DNA of 64,000 nt from the human T2T-CHM13v2.0 reference genome, Homo sapiens, in the NCBI RefSeq assembly GCF_009914755.1, contig NC_060947.1; one strand, 5' to 3'. How positions within the stretch are numbered: the stretch's first letter is position 1; each line of letters begins with the position of its first letter. The translations under genes were made by a program, and so were the position numbers. The notes beneath the pieces were generated by a model that saw only the letters and a list, made by a program, of their open reading frames with translations, searched no databases and was not told the origin of the DNA. Below, piece after piece: positions 31,179 to 51,580 of the stretch.

Positions 31179-31608
31179 TGTTATGGGTTGAAGTGTTTCC
31201 TCTCTAAAATTCCTTTGTTGAAGTCCTAAGCAACAGTACCTCAGAATGTGGCCTTATATGGAAAGAGGGTTGTTGCAGATGTGGTTAGCTAAGATGAGGT
31301 CACACTGGAGTAGGGTGGGCCCCTAATCCAATGGACTGGTGTATTTAGAAAAAGGGAACATTTAGAGATGCACACAGGGAGAAAAATGCCACATGAAGAC
31401 TGGAGTTATGCTGCCACAAGCCAAGGAACTCCCAGAAGCTGGGAGAGAGGCCTGGACAGACCCTTGTCTTTGTGCCTTCATAGGGAGCATGGCCCCACTG
31501 ACACCTTGATTTCAGATGGTGGCCCTCAGAACTGAGACAATAAATTTCTGCTGTCCCAAGCCACTCAGTTTTTCGTACTTTGTTACAACAGCCATAGGAA
31601 ACTGAGAC
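31179..31608 (+). mobile_element. MLT1-type (ERVL-MaLR) solo LTR
   Basis: Starts tgttatgggttgaa; contains gtacctcagaatgtg, ccctaatccaat and agaactgagacaataaatttctg typical of MLT1A/B/C. Confidence 0.82.
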
Positions 31609-32214
31609 GGCTTCCTTGCCAAGGAGGCTGTTCTCATGCCTGGGCTGGAGGAGGGCGGCCCGTTGCCGTGGAATCCCACGCATAGTTAAAGCATGTTTTA
31701 CTTCACTCATGTTGCCATGACAAAGCTAAGTGAATCCTTAGAGAAATGGATGTTTTTGTGTCTGGCTCACAGCAGTGTTTTCTTTTACAATGATGATCAA
31801 TCCTGAAGAATTAGGAGCAAACTGAAAACGCTTTAAGAAAGTGAGTGGTAGCAGGAGAAAGAACTAAAATCAAGTTATGCAACAAAGTATTTTTATGTGT
31901 GCTTTGTCCAACACAAGGGCAGTGGAGTGCACAGAAATTACATACAAGTAGCTGCATCCCACAAAGCAGTACTGGTACAGAGATACCTCAAAAACAAGTT
32001 TTAATGAGTAGTGTTCTCATAATATGAGAAAATAATGTCACAACTCCACCTCATAGAGAATCCCGTAAACAAATGCCTATCTTATTTTGGTGGCAAGGCC
32101 TGAATAGTTGAAAAATACCATATATTATGCATTACAATTAACTTAAAACATCAATTCCTTAAAGGACATTAAAGCCAATTTTTGGAGGTTGGGAGAAACA
32201 TAGCAAACTTGTCA

Positions 32215-32595
<381 letters not shown>

Positions 32596-33181
32596 TTATT
32601 TTAAGCATTTGGGATGGTAATCTTTCTTAAAATATATGGTCCATTTCCTTGTCTCAAAAAAAAAAAAATACTCTATGGGTCTGAATGGCAATATGTCCTC
32701 GAGCTAAGCTTGGTTTTTGGAACCATTCTTGACAAGCAAGTCGGGTGGTATCACCTCTGGTGCTGCTTTTGAGCTTCCTGTGTATGGCCAAGGTGTCACT
32801 GGGGAGGGGAGCATACAGGCTCAACCCAGCCAGGAAGTGCTGCAGAAGGCCCCTGAAGTGAGGTGCTGCAGACCCAGTGGCAGCAGGAAGACAGGGAAGT
32901 AAGGGTCTTTTCTAACCCAGTAGGTCCTGATGAAAAACATGATTCATGAAAACAGCCTGGACTTTCATGGTATTTCAAGGCGGCAATCCACTACAGGTGA
33001 ACTATGTTTTTATGTGCTTAAGCAACAGCAATTCATGGTGGGTGACATAGTGAACTGAGTATGATGGGAATGCCAGAGCGTCATGCTAGTCTGTGCTGAA
33101 CTAAAGGATGAATAAACATCTCCAAGGACATACCCTGGCTGGCTTCTATCAGTCTGTGGGCTCCTGAGCAAGCCTCATTTA

Positions 33182-33424
<243 letters not shown>

Positions 33425-34150
33425 TCAATCTTCAAATTAAAAAATGACTAATGGGAAGTGTAGAATTCTTTTTTAAATTTAAACCTGACATTGTAGAGGA
33501 AGATGCTACTAAGCTTGGCAGTTTCCAGTATACTAGCGAAGATACGTAGCTTCTGGAATAAACAAATTATGTATCTATGATATGAATCTGTGAATCTAAT
33601 GTATTTTCTTAAGTAAACTGGAAGACCTCTAACATGAAATCACAAAGACAACATTCTCATGATCTGAAAATATGGCTCATTCAGCTCAAGGGGCCCTAAG
33701 TGTCTGGTAGAGTAAGCTGGGCTTCATTTGGACTGGACCAGTTAGTAGCAGCACGGACACCTAGAAGGATTAACAGAAGGTGGTGGTAAGTCAAGGACAA
33801 TACAGAGTAGTGGGAAGACCAAGGAAGTAATTACCTTGCCTTAGAAATTTCCAGGAGGCATCCGTCGGGGGAAGCTAAAACCAACTCTACCTCATGTCAC
33901 TTACCTAGAAAGGACAGACACTGTATCACTGATTCGCAGACTGCGTGTGCTGTATTTGTCTTCTTTCTACTTGAAGTATGTGTGCTATAAATGTAAGTCT
34001 TTGCAAATCTAAGAGCCTATGATATGCCTCTTTATATACCAATTTATAAGAAAGGAAGAGTTTTGTATTCTAGAAAAGATGGAAGAAATAATCCATAAAG
34101 GAAGACATTCTGAGGCACTGAAAGATCTTGGAACTAAGTTTAACATGTTG

Positions 34151-34450
34151 GGCCCGGTGCAGTGGCTCACGCCTGTAATCCCAGCACTTTGGAGGGCTGA
34201 GATGGGCAGATTGCTTCAGCCCAGGACTTCGAGACCAGCCTGGGCAACATGGTGAAACTCCATCTCTACATGAAATACAAAAAGTAGCCAGGCATGGTGG
34301 TATGTGCCTGTAGTCCCAGCTACTCAGGAGGCTGACGCAGGAGGATCACCTGAGCCCAGGGAGGTCAGGGCTGCAGTGAACCAAGATCGCACCACTGCAC
34401 TCCAGTCTAAGTGACAAAATGAGACCCTGTCTCAAAAAAAAAAAAAAAAA
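34151..34450 (+). mobile_element. Alu (AluJ-like)
   Basis: Dimeric Alu with A tail. Confidence 0.9.
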
Positions 34451-35209
34451 CAGATTGGCAGAAGAGATGAAACTACGAGAAACTGGGGGGAAAAATATAA
34501 GTGATTCCATGGCTTTTAGCACAGATAATTGAAATCTAGATGAATGATGGATGGGTGGGGGCATGGATGGATTTACCCCAAGGTAACCCCACGGTGTGTA
34601 TTTTTAACACAAGGACTTTGGAGTCAAAGTTAGGTTCAGGTCTAGCTCTGCTACTTACTGGCAGTGTGACCACAGGCAGTCCTTAACTTCCTAATGTCCG
34701 TTTTCTCATCTGTTAAATAGTGCTAACACTGTAGCACCTTATGGTGCACTTATGAGGATCACACAATCTAATGCATGTAAAGTACCCAGTACAGTGTCTG
34801 ACCCACAGTACATGCTCAATTAATGTTAGTGGAATAACATGGGAGACCGTATGCACACTGGGATGTGGTGACTAGTAACTTCTCAACACGGAGTGGAAAT
34901 CAAGTAAACCGGGAGTTACAGTCAGTCTCCTAGAACATACATCTGAGGTGTGTTAGAAGCCAAGACTTAGCAAGCCTCATTGGGCCTTCTGCTGATTCAC
35001 ACAGAACACACAATGAAATCAGAAGAAATCTGATATGTACTTGCTAATGAATGACACATTTTATAAAGGAAATCAAGGCACAGCTGGCACTTTTAACTCT
35101 AGAATTGGAAGGCCATGACTATGGAAGAAAAGGCAGATCAGAACTCCTGGCATGATGACGTAGGATTTAAAATGCTATTTGGGGCAGGGGTGGAGGGGTG
35201 GGGGACTAT

Positions 35210-35368
35210 AGACTGCAGGCCAAATCTAGCCTTGCCCATCATTTTGCGACCATCTAAGGCTGCTCTCACGCTTCAATGGCAGAGTTAAGCACCTGTGACA
35301 CAGACCAGCTGTCCCACAAAGCCAACAATATTTACTATCTGGCCCTTTAAAGAAAATGTTTGCCCCTG
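35210..35368. mobile_element. MER58-like DNA transposon
   Basis: ggccaaatctagcc...aatatttactatctggccctttaaagaaaatgtttgcccctg terminal pattern. Confidence 0.6.
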
Positions 35369-35606
35369 TTTTAGGGGAAAGATAAGAAAAAGGTCCAAAC
35401 AGAAAAAGTGGATAACAAAGACGAGCTGGAATGATAAAAAAGCTATGCAAAACTAGAAGAACTGGCAATAATTCTCCAAAGTGAAGGGAAGGACAGGGAG
35501 TTGAAATTTGAACCAAGTAAACAATGATATCATGAATTCTTGCTGGACTAGATTTCAGAGCTGGAGTTTGCCAAGGGAAGGGCTTCTTACTTTCTTCAGT
35601 ACATTT

Positions 35607-35615
35607 AAGCAGCAG

Positions 35616-35667
<52 letters not shown>

Positions 35668-35682
35668 CAAAAGCAGCAGCAG
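35607..35682 (+). repeat. A47 tract flanked by AAGCAGCAGCAG direct repeats
   Basis: A run at 35620-35666; 12-bp repeats at 35607-35618 and 35671-35682. Confidence 0.9.
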
Positions 35683-36213
35683 AAGGAAATATATGTACAC
35701 ATATGTATAAGCAAGATAACATGCATCCCCACACTCACCCCTATATGGAAAGCCACGAATGGGCAAGCAGCATGGCGCTAAGTCAGCAGGAAGACAGAAA
35801 GGGAACTCAAAGACCGACTGCATGAGGATGCTGTTACCAACTACCCAGCTGCGCAAAAGATGAGACAGAGCTTTCTTTATATACATTCCATGCTTGACTT
35901 CAGCTGCCAATTATTTGATTTTGTAAACAGCTGAAGAAGCAAGAAGGGCTGTAGCTTTTCATTCAGTTCTGCCAAGGAAAAACTGACAGGTGAAGTGGAA
36001 GAACTGAAAACCCTGGGAGAAAATGACCTCATTGTCTCGGGAGGGGAACAGCTGCAAACACTTAGCAAATACTTGAGGGTATGGAGCAAAGGTAAGACAC
36101 ACGCTAGGATTCTGCGCTGTCCAATCTATGGAACTTTCTGCGAGGACAGAAATGTTCTACACCTGTGCTGTCCAATATGTGAGCTAGTGTGCATTAGAAA
36201 TGTGGCTAGTGTA

Positions 36214-36545
36214 GGCCAGGCGCGGTGGCTCACGCCTGTAATCCCAGCACTTTGGGAGGCCAAGGTGGGCAGATCACGAGGTCAGGAGATCGAGACCATC
36301 CTGGCTAACATGGTGAAACCCCATCTCTACTAAAAATACAAAAAATTAGCCGAGTGTGGTGGTGGGCAGCTGTAGTCCCAGCTACTCGGGAGGCTGAGGC
36401 AGAAGAATGGTGTGAACCTGGGAGGCGGAGCCAGAAGAATGGTGTGAACCCGGGAGGCGGAGCTTGCAGTGAGCCAAGATCGTGCCACTGCACACTCCAG
36501 CCTGGTGACAGAGCAAGACTCCATCTCAAAAAAAAAAAAAAAAAA
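36214..36545 (+). mobile_element. AluY with internal 32-bp tandem duplication, inserted in a MER3-like element
   Basis: Y diagnostics (gagatcgagaccatcctggctaac, ggagcttgcagtg); TSD AAATGTGGCTAGTG. Confidence 0.92.
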
Positions 36546-36653
36546 TGTGGCTAGTGAGAATGTAGAACTGAATTTTAATTAAACATAAATAGCCATATGT
36601 GGCTAGTGGCCACAGTACTAGACAGCACAGCTCTAGATCAATGATTCCAAACT

Positions 36654-36965
<312 letters not shown>

Positions 36966-37219
36966 TTACTTAGAATTCCAATATATAATACAGATAAAGC
37001 AACTGCCATTACTGAATTACCTGCGTTGACATGACTGTGTATGTATGGTCTGCTCGATTTTCCCATCGCCTTAAATAGGGGCCTTTGAAGCATCTCCAAG
37101 AGAGGCTTGGCCCAGAGGTGTTGAGGAGGTAGCTACACAGAATTTGGGAATAGATTAAACTGGGAAATTGAGGACAAGAGGAGAATCTAGGATGGTTTCC
37201 ATATGTCTAGCTGAGGTGA

Positions 37220-37560
37220 ACAAGCAGAACAGTGGCCCCTCTCCTAAGACATCCACATCCTAATCTCTGCAACTTGTGAGTATGTTAGGGCCCACGGCAA
37301 AGAGGAATTAAGGTTGCTCATCAGCTGACCTTAAGATAGGAACATTGTCCTGGATCATCCAGGTGGACCCAATGTCATGACAAGGGCCTTAAAAGTAGAA
37401 TAGGGAAGCAAAAGAGGAAAGTCAGGGGGAAGTGACAGAAGAATGGTCACAGCAATGTGATCTTGACAGCTTTGAAAATGAAGGAAGGGGCCACAGCCAA
37501 GGAATGCAGGAGGCCCCCAGAAGCTGGAAAGTACAAGGAAACAGATTCTTGTTTGGCTCT
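37220..37560 (+). mobile_element. MLT1D/E-like LTR fragment
   Basis: catccacatcctaatctctg...cagctgaccttaagatagg...ggaaggggccacagccaaggaatgcagg pattern. Confidence 0.65.
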
Positions 37561-38054
37561 CAAGTGAGAGCCAGAACTCTCACTTGTGGTGGAAACAGCA
37601 GCTGTCTTCAGTGGCTAGGGAAACCTGGGCTTTTGAGAAGGAGAAGACTAAAGAAATAAACTTGGTGATACAAAGAGCTCTCTGACTACCTTAAATTTAA
37701 AGAGGCCACATGGAAGATGTAAGAAGTAGGACACTAACTAGTAATGAACATAAAAACGGGACCAGAAATCAGTGAGGCTAGCATCAGAAGGGCAAAGGCC
37801 TACAATGAGTTGAAGTGTGTAATATATATTTAAAAAAAAAAAAAAAAAAAGAGGCTTTTTAGGCTACGATCAGGAAAAAGCAAGGGAGAAGGGTCAACTG
37901 CTTCAAGCGCTTGCTACACACTGAAATAATGGTGGATGCTGACCTGTTTAACTTCCATTTTCTCTGTTAAATGACTTTTCAAATAGCAAGCATGGAAGAA
38001 ACAAGGTTAGGCAGGCTGCGAACCTCAAGATAGGTATATTAAGAAAACGTCTAG

Positions 38055-44507
<6,453 letters not shown>

Positions 44508-44521
44508 AAGAAAACATCTAG

Positions 44522-45900
44522 ACATTTCAATAAATCCAAGTCATCAGGTCCTGACAAATTATATACCTTGGATTAACAAATGTGATTGCATAACTGCTGA
44601 TCAGTGACATTTGAGAAATTGCAAGAAAAATGCCATATCATCCGCTAGGTTAAATGCTATTCCTATTTTCAGAAACAGGAAAAAGGCTTATCTCCTAGTC
44701 TATAACAGGGTACATTCAGAGCGACTAGAACACCAACAGAAACGTGTATTAAATGTTTATTTTCAGTCAGATGCCATGCCAGGCACTTTTATTATACATT
44801 AACTCATTTAATGTGAATCCCTAGATAAAAACAGATTATTCATTCATATACTCCTGGTTGTACTAGAACAAGTCATACCAAATTTACATTTTTTGTTTCT
44901 GAAGGGAGATACGGTAGGTAAACAGAAAGTCATTTTACGAAATATTTTGGTATCTACCTAAGAACAAACTGGAGTCCTGGAGCCTGAGTGAAAATACAGT
45001 CTTGCTAGAATGTTGCCCTCCATGAGAGCAGATACACCATTCGTCTCATTCACTATGGTATACCTAGAGCTACAACAGTGCCAGGGACCCAGAAAGCACT
45101 CATTATTTGCTGAATGAGGGATGGCTCATAGCCGACTTGAGTGTCAATACTCGGAGAACATTGGGTGCTCCGTGTCAATTTATGGCACAGGGTCTCTAGT
45201 AAGGCTTTGAGGTTGACCTTAACCTAGTCTAGCTCAGTATTTGAATCAATAACTTGAATGAAGATAACTTATCACATTCAAAGATAACACCAAGGGCAGC
45301 TAACTTATTAGAAGGCAGAAGTTAGGATTAAAAAAGATCTCCATGGCTAGGAGAGTAAGGTGAAATTAACAAGATAGAAGTTAAGAGGATAAGAAAGCAA
45401 GCCCTGTACTTGGGCTTAAAAATCAACTGTACAAAAGGACAAGGGAAACCTAGATTAAGAACAGTTCATCTACATCAACCCAAAAGTTCTGCAAGCTCAG
45501 TAAGAGGCAAAAGTCTGATAGGTTTGTCAAAAAAGCTAATCAATTCTAGGTGGCATTAAGAGCAAGGTCAGGGAGAATGCTGATGTCCTCTTCAATAATA
45601 TTATCATCTTTGGGGAAGGTACTCAGTTCTGGGAATCATATTGTAAAAGGATCAATAACTCTGTGTGTTACAGGGGAAGGGAGGGCAGGATCTAGGCTAG
45701 GAAATGCTCTGGAAACCAGACAAGAGCAACTGAAGTAACAGAGGATGTTTAAACGGAGTAGGGGAGACCTTTTTGGGGTGGAAAGGGAGTGGGGTACAGC
45801 ACAGTACTATCTTTAAATACGATAAGCTATCTAATGAAAAAGGGACTTGGCTAGGGATGGCAAATGAGTTTCCTTTCATAAGCGAATTCTAATCAACTGG
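44522..45900 (+). mobile_element. Ancient CR1/L3-like LINE remnants (probably also 37600-38040), interrupted by other repeats
   Basis: Degenerate RT-region motifs recognised by eye (aagtcatcaggtcctgacaaattata; aaaaaagctaatcaattctaggtggcattaa; ctcagttctggg...). Confidence 0.5.
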
Positions 45901-47475
45901 TAGTGACTGCCAGGAACTGGCGCTGAGAAAGATTCTGAGACTAAATGTGGTCACCAGGAAAGAATGCTGTGATCAATTATCCATGTCTGCTATGAATTTG
46001 GGGAAGTGCAGTACCTACAGGAGGGCCAAGTATTTGCTGACTCTGGACTACACAGACTTATTCCAAACCGTTCCATAGGCCAAGCCCAGGGCTGCTCATT
46101 TGAAGTCACTGGGAAACTAGAAACTAAGGGGTGGGTGGAACACCAACAGTGCCAGAGTGGGAGGATGCTCAGTGAACTTGGAAGTCTCTTAAGTTGTAGA
46201 CAAATGCAAGATAAAACTCATGGACTCCAGTTCCAAAGACATCCATTTTTGTAGCATGCCTCTTTACAACCTCTATAGAAGAGCTTCTAGAAAAACTGCC
46301 CTGTGCTCGCGAGAGCAGTGATTTCAGTTGTTCCATAAACCTGGGGTCATGAGACTAAACTGGTATGGCATGGGACATGTCTATTACAATGAGGAGGGGC
46401 AGTAGGAATACTACTGATAGGTCTTTAATGTGACATTTTTCTATTAATATTATAAGCAATTCTCCCTCCCCTAGAAGTTATGCTAGTTTTTGGAGAACAT
46501 TTTATCTAATTATATTCATGTATTCAACTGTGGGACCAAAGGTGGAGGTGGGAGTAAGGGGGTCTTCAGGAACATTTTTTTTTTTTTAAACAGTGGACAA
46601 GTGATTCTACTTAACAACATTTACAACATATCAACATCTTTTTAGAACACTGTTTTCATCATTCCACTCAAAAGCCTTTGATGCATCTCAGCTACAGGAT
46701 CATGTACTAGTATTCAAGATTCCCACATTGCTCCACGTGTCTTTTCTCAGCCCTATTGTTCCACCTCTGCTAGCGTTGACTCGTTTACTTATTTTTTCTC
46801 CCAAATTCACTTTGACTATATCGAGTTCAGAGCTACTATCATTTCTCTCTTCATGCCTGGAATGTTCTCCTTTATTCTGTCTGCAACCACTACCCATCCT
46901 TTAAAATCCAACTAAGCCTCTCCTCCTTTTCCATTGTTTCCAACAAAAACTTACAGGTTCTCCACCTCCTATGAAGTCCTGTCACTCTTACTGCCTCTTA
47001 AATACTTTAAGTTTTTCACAGCCAGAGATCAAAACTCATCGTACTCATCTTCAATGCTGTACACAAAGCTGACATCCAATTCTGTCCTCACAGGACTTAG
47101 ATACCATATAAGGCTTATATTCCCAGCACACAACTCTGGAGTCAGGCTAGATTCCTCACTGCTCCCAAGAAGGTCGTGGCTTTTTTTTTTCTTTTAATGA
47201 TTCCTTTGCTCATTTTTCCCCTTCCTGTGATGTTCTCCTTTTTGCTCACCACCCGAATCCTACCCATCAAGGCCCCGATAAAGACACACTTTTTCCACAG
47301 AGATGATCTGGATCACTTCCATCTTCAACCACCTCCCCTTTAAACTCTTTATCCAGTCTACAATGTATCTTAGTTCTTGTTCAATTCTCTGGCTGTAACA
47401 TTTTCATTATCGCTTCTGAGAGGTTTGGTTCCTTTCCTTTCTAATTACATTTAAGCATCATGAGGACTGGCTCAC

Positions 47476-47617
47476 CTTTACCTCACAGCACACAATGGTT
47501 GGTACTCTAAAACGTTTAGCTCTGTGGATCTCAACCCGGAGCGATCTTGCTTCCAAGAGGACATCTGGCAATATCTGGAGACATCTTTGGTTGTCACACT
47601 TGGGGGAGAAGGTGATA
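47476..47617 (-). other. TRAPPC2: TRAPPC2 exon 2 (142 nt, alternatively spliced, largely MER20-derived)
   Basis: Acceptor ctctctattttgtcag|TATC at 47617; donor AAG|gtgagc at 47476; second donor GAG|gtaaag at 47482. Confidence 0.85.
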
Positions 47618-47730
47618 CTGACAAAATAGAGAGCAAGGATACAGCTAAACCTACAATGCACAGGACAGCCTCCCAAAACAAAGAATCTTCCGGCTCCAAA
47701 AGGCAACAGTGCAGCCGTTAAGAAACCCTG
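47522..47730 (+). mobile_element. MER20 DNA transposon overlapping TRAPPC2 exon 2
   Basis: ggacatctggcaatatctggagacatctttggttgtcaca...cctacaatgcacaggacagcc...ttaagaaaccctg; homologous to 4320-4595. Confidence 0.87.
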
Positions 47731-47956
47731 GGTTAGCTGAATGACCCAGTGAACCGCGAAACCACAGCCCCCGAGAGGGCGGACGTCTGCAGGTGGAAGG
47801 GCTGCGCGGATGAGCCAGCGGAGGGCTGGCAGGTCCGGCCCGGCCACCCCGGGGAGGGGTGGAGGTACAGGACCAACATCCGCGTCACGCAGGGGCTACG
47901 AAGTCCTCCAGGGACTCAAAACACCCGCCCCCCGCCGCACTTGCTCCATTCCCTAC

Positions 47957-48040
47957 CTGCAGTGGGAGGCCGACAACGGAAACGCAATGTCAGTTTCCGC
48001 GGAAGAGACCCGCGCCCCGAACCTGTAGCCAGAACGCCGA
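47957..48040 (-). other. TRAPPC2: TRAPPC2 exon 1 (5' UTR; 5' end approximate)
   Basis: Donor CTGCAG|gtaggg at 47957 within the CpG island. Confidence 0.75.
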
Positions 48041-48503
48041 AGCAGTTCTCGCGATACCCTGGGATGTGCTCTCGCGATACGTAGGCGGAGCTTCCGGCCG
48101 GTGCTGGGCAACCAAGCTCATGCGCCGTAGCTCTTCAGCTCGGGAAGGCTATATTTAGCAGGTTTCCGGAAGTTGCCGGACTGGCTGTGAGGCGGTCCTG
48201 CCTCGCTGCCTTCAGTCCCTAGTGTCTGGGTCCCCGCCCTCCAGCCGCCTTTGAGTCGTGCCTGGGTCCTCGCCCTTGCCTCAGAACCGCGAAGAAAGGA
48301 AGCTCGCGTGTTTGCTAGAAAACCTAGTTGGGAGTGCGAGGCAGAGAACGTTCAGCACCTTTGTTCCTCCCGAACCCTCGGGACAGAGGCAGGGTTCTGA
48401 GGGCAGGGATTCCCCCTCGTCTTGGCCCCACCGCCCGGGCTGGGCACTAAACTCGGGCCGCGGCGGGGCGAGCGAGGCGGGCTCCGGAGGGAGCTGACGC
48501 CTG

Positions 48504-48515
48504 ATGATGGCGCAG
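48504..48515 (+). CDS. OFD1: OFD1 exon 1 coding part (MMAQ)
   Basis: ATGATGGCGCAG|gtagac; in frame with exon 2. Confidence 0.9.
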
Positions 48516-48679
48516 GTAGACACACCTGCCCCTTCTCGGGCGGAAATAAAGTCTTGTTTTGTGTTCGTTAAACTTTCGCCGCTAGGCCTCTTATGGCTTC
48601 CCCGGAGGCCACTGGTCTGTTTTCAGACGTTCACGTTCCCTCTGCCCCGCAGGTAACCTATAACCATTTTGTCTTTTAG

Positions 48680-48832
<153 letters not shown>

Positions 48833-49909
48833 TAGTTCAAATTCAATCAAGGTTTAGGTTTTAATAATCGTATGATACATAGATTGTATTGGTGAATTAC
48901 ATTTTTATATTCCCGAATAACTCTGTATCCTGAAACATTACAGTCTCTTGAAAATGTTTGAGAAAATGTTGAGTTTGAGTCGTCTTAAAGGAGCATATTC
49001 AAATAATTAATTGAACTGACAATAAGATAGGAGAAGGAAATATTTGTATAATGAACACAGTAAGATTAGGCTTGTTTTATAAATATGGCTTATAGGTTCC
49101 TAAATTAATAAGTGGGTTTGTAATACATTTGGATGAAGGACATTGACACCATATAGAAAATACTAGTGTACTGCTTAATAATAGTTTGGGAAATGAAAAA
49201 TTTTATCTTTAAACTATATTGAAATGTATGAATGTTTAGTTTGGGCAGAAAATACCTATTAGTATGCTTTATATTTGGATTAACAGCCAGGAGTAGGATT
49301 AGCTCAACGTGTTTTCATTGAAATATGCATTTCAAAAGCATATTTTACGTTTAAAATATGTAGCTATATCCTGTGTATGTATCCTTTTTTAATTTAAATT
49401 ATATGGTGAGCATTTCCCTGTTTCCTTAAAAGTTTTTTGAAATCTTCATTTTCAGTGGCAACAGGCTTATCTTTGGATATTTTTGTAATGTATATAGCAG
49501 TCCCCTGTTGTTGAATATTTTGGTTATATTCTCCAACAGTCCACAGAGGTGTGATGAAGTGGCAGAATTTTTTCCTATACTTAATATCCCAATCGTAAGC
49601 TGCTGAAATGGGCTTCTAGGGAAGTGAAGTTATGAGTCTGCAAGTGGATCTGGCTAACCACCCGTTTCATTTGGAAGCTGGGGAAAGAAAGCTTTTTCTA
49701 GAACCCACTGGACTGCTTGTCTCACGGGGTAAGACAAAGTGTGCAGGGGAAGGTTTCTAACTTCTGGCCATGGATCTAGAACCATTATGGAAATAGAAGG
49801 AAGGTTTCCAATGAATGTAGCTCATCTGTGTATATCTCTAATGAAACAGTCCTGCTGAAATTTCTTTCCCTTGTGTTTCTTTTTTATTTTTGTTTTTATT
49901 TTATGCTAG

Positions 49910-50134
<225 letters not shown>

Positions 50135-51276
50135 TGAAGTTTTTATTAACAGGTTCTTCCTCTGCTGACAGTAAAGTGCTGTATGATAGCTAAGTGCTCC
50201 TCGACTAGGTCCATTTCTGTTTCCTCTTTGAATTCACATTGTACCTGCACATAATATATTTGTTATATAACAAGTGGGTACTAAATTTGAAATTAATTTC
50301 TTGGCGTCTCATTTAGTCTCACATAAAACAGTGATGTATAGAATCTCTAAATGTTTCAGACCTATAATTGATCTATCTATCCTCTATCTTGTCTAATAAG
50401 ACTCTGCCAATCTGCTGAATGTCTGCTGTAAGCTTGGCACTGTGATAGGCACACTGCAGATGTTTTGTGTGTTACGGATGAGGAACCAGACTCTGGAGAG
50501 GTGAATCAATTTGCCCAACATCAAGTAACTTTTAAGTGACAATGCAGGGTGGTAAATCTAGATCTCTAACATGAGCTCTTTTTTTCCTGCACTAGTTTCT
50601 TCAGATGTTTCTCTTTGTAATTAGATAAGTGAGAAATACGTAATTTAAAAAATCTGTAAAGTTCTCAAATATTAAAAACACTTGTTTTTTTTTTTTACTA
50701 CTTTTCTAATTATTTTAACTATATTTCTTCACCATTACTGTTGAACATTAGTACTACTTTATTATTTTAAAGGCAGATACAGCAGACTTTCCCTGTGGAT
50801 ATGTGCGTGTTTTTTTTTTTTTAATAGACTTTATTTTTTCAGAGCAGTTTTGGGTTCACAGCAAAGTTAAGTGGGAAGTACAGAGAATTCCCATATACCT
50901 GCTGCCCCTACACACTCATAGCCTCCCCCACTGTCAACATCTTGCATCAAGGTGGTACATTTGCTACAATCTATAAGCCTACCCTGACATGTCATTATCA
51001 CCCAGAGGCCATAGTTTACAGTGAAGGTTGCAGTGAGCCGAGATCATGCCACTGCACTCCAGCCTGGGTGACAGAGCGAGACTGTCTCAAAAATAAAATA
51101 AATTTCACTCTTGGTGGTGTTCATATGTTTTTACTTTCTTTGTGTTTTCTGTAATTATCCAAAAGTTTCATATTCCAAAGTTTTAGTGACACAAGCTTAG
51201 TACAGTATTTGAATGAAAACTTAAATAATTTGCATTTCTTCATAAGCAACCAAATTTTATTTGTCAGCATTAGGAA

Positions 51277-51580
<304 letters not shown>

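Larger units (their letters stand above)
47740..48610. promoter_or_regulatory. Bidirectional CpG-island promoter shared by TRAPPC2 (-) and OFD1 (+)
   Basis: CpG-rich; TCTCGCGATA at 48047 and 48070; ETS/GABPA CCGGAAGT at 48166-48173 and GCTTCCGG at 48090-48097; head-to-head first exons. Confidence 0.92.

Noticed and set aside
32650-32668. TGTCTC plus A-run as an ultra-truncated Alu
   Set aside because: Too short and no convincing TSD
35226-35910. ORFs with poly-Phe or poly-Lys
   Set aside because: Artefacts of the A47 tract
48653-48679. Alternative OFD1 exon 2 acceptor (cccgcag|GTAACC) adding 27 nt
   Set aside because: The extension ends in an in-frame TAG and nothing in the sequence supports its use
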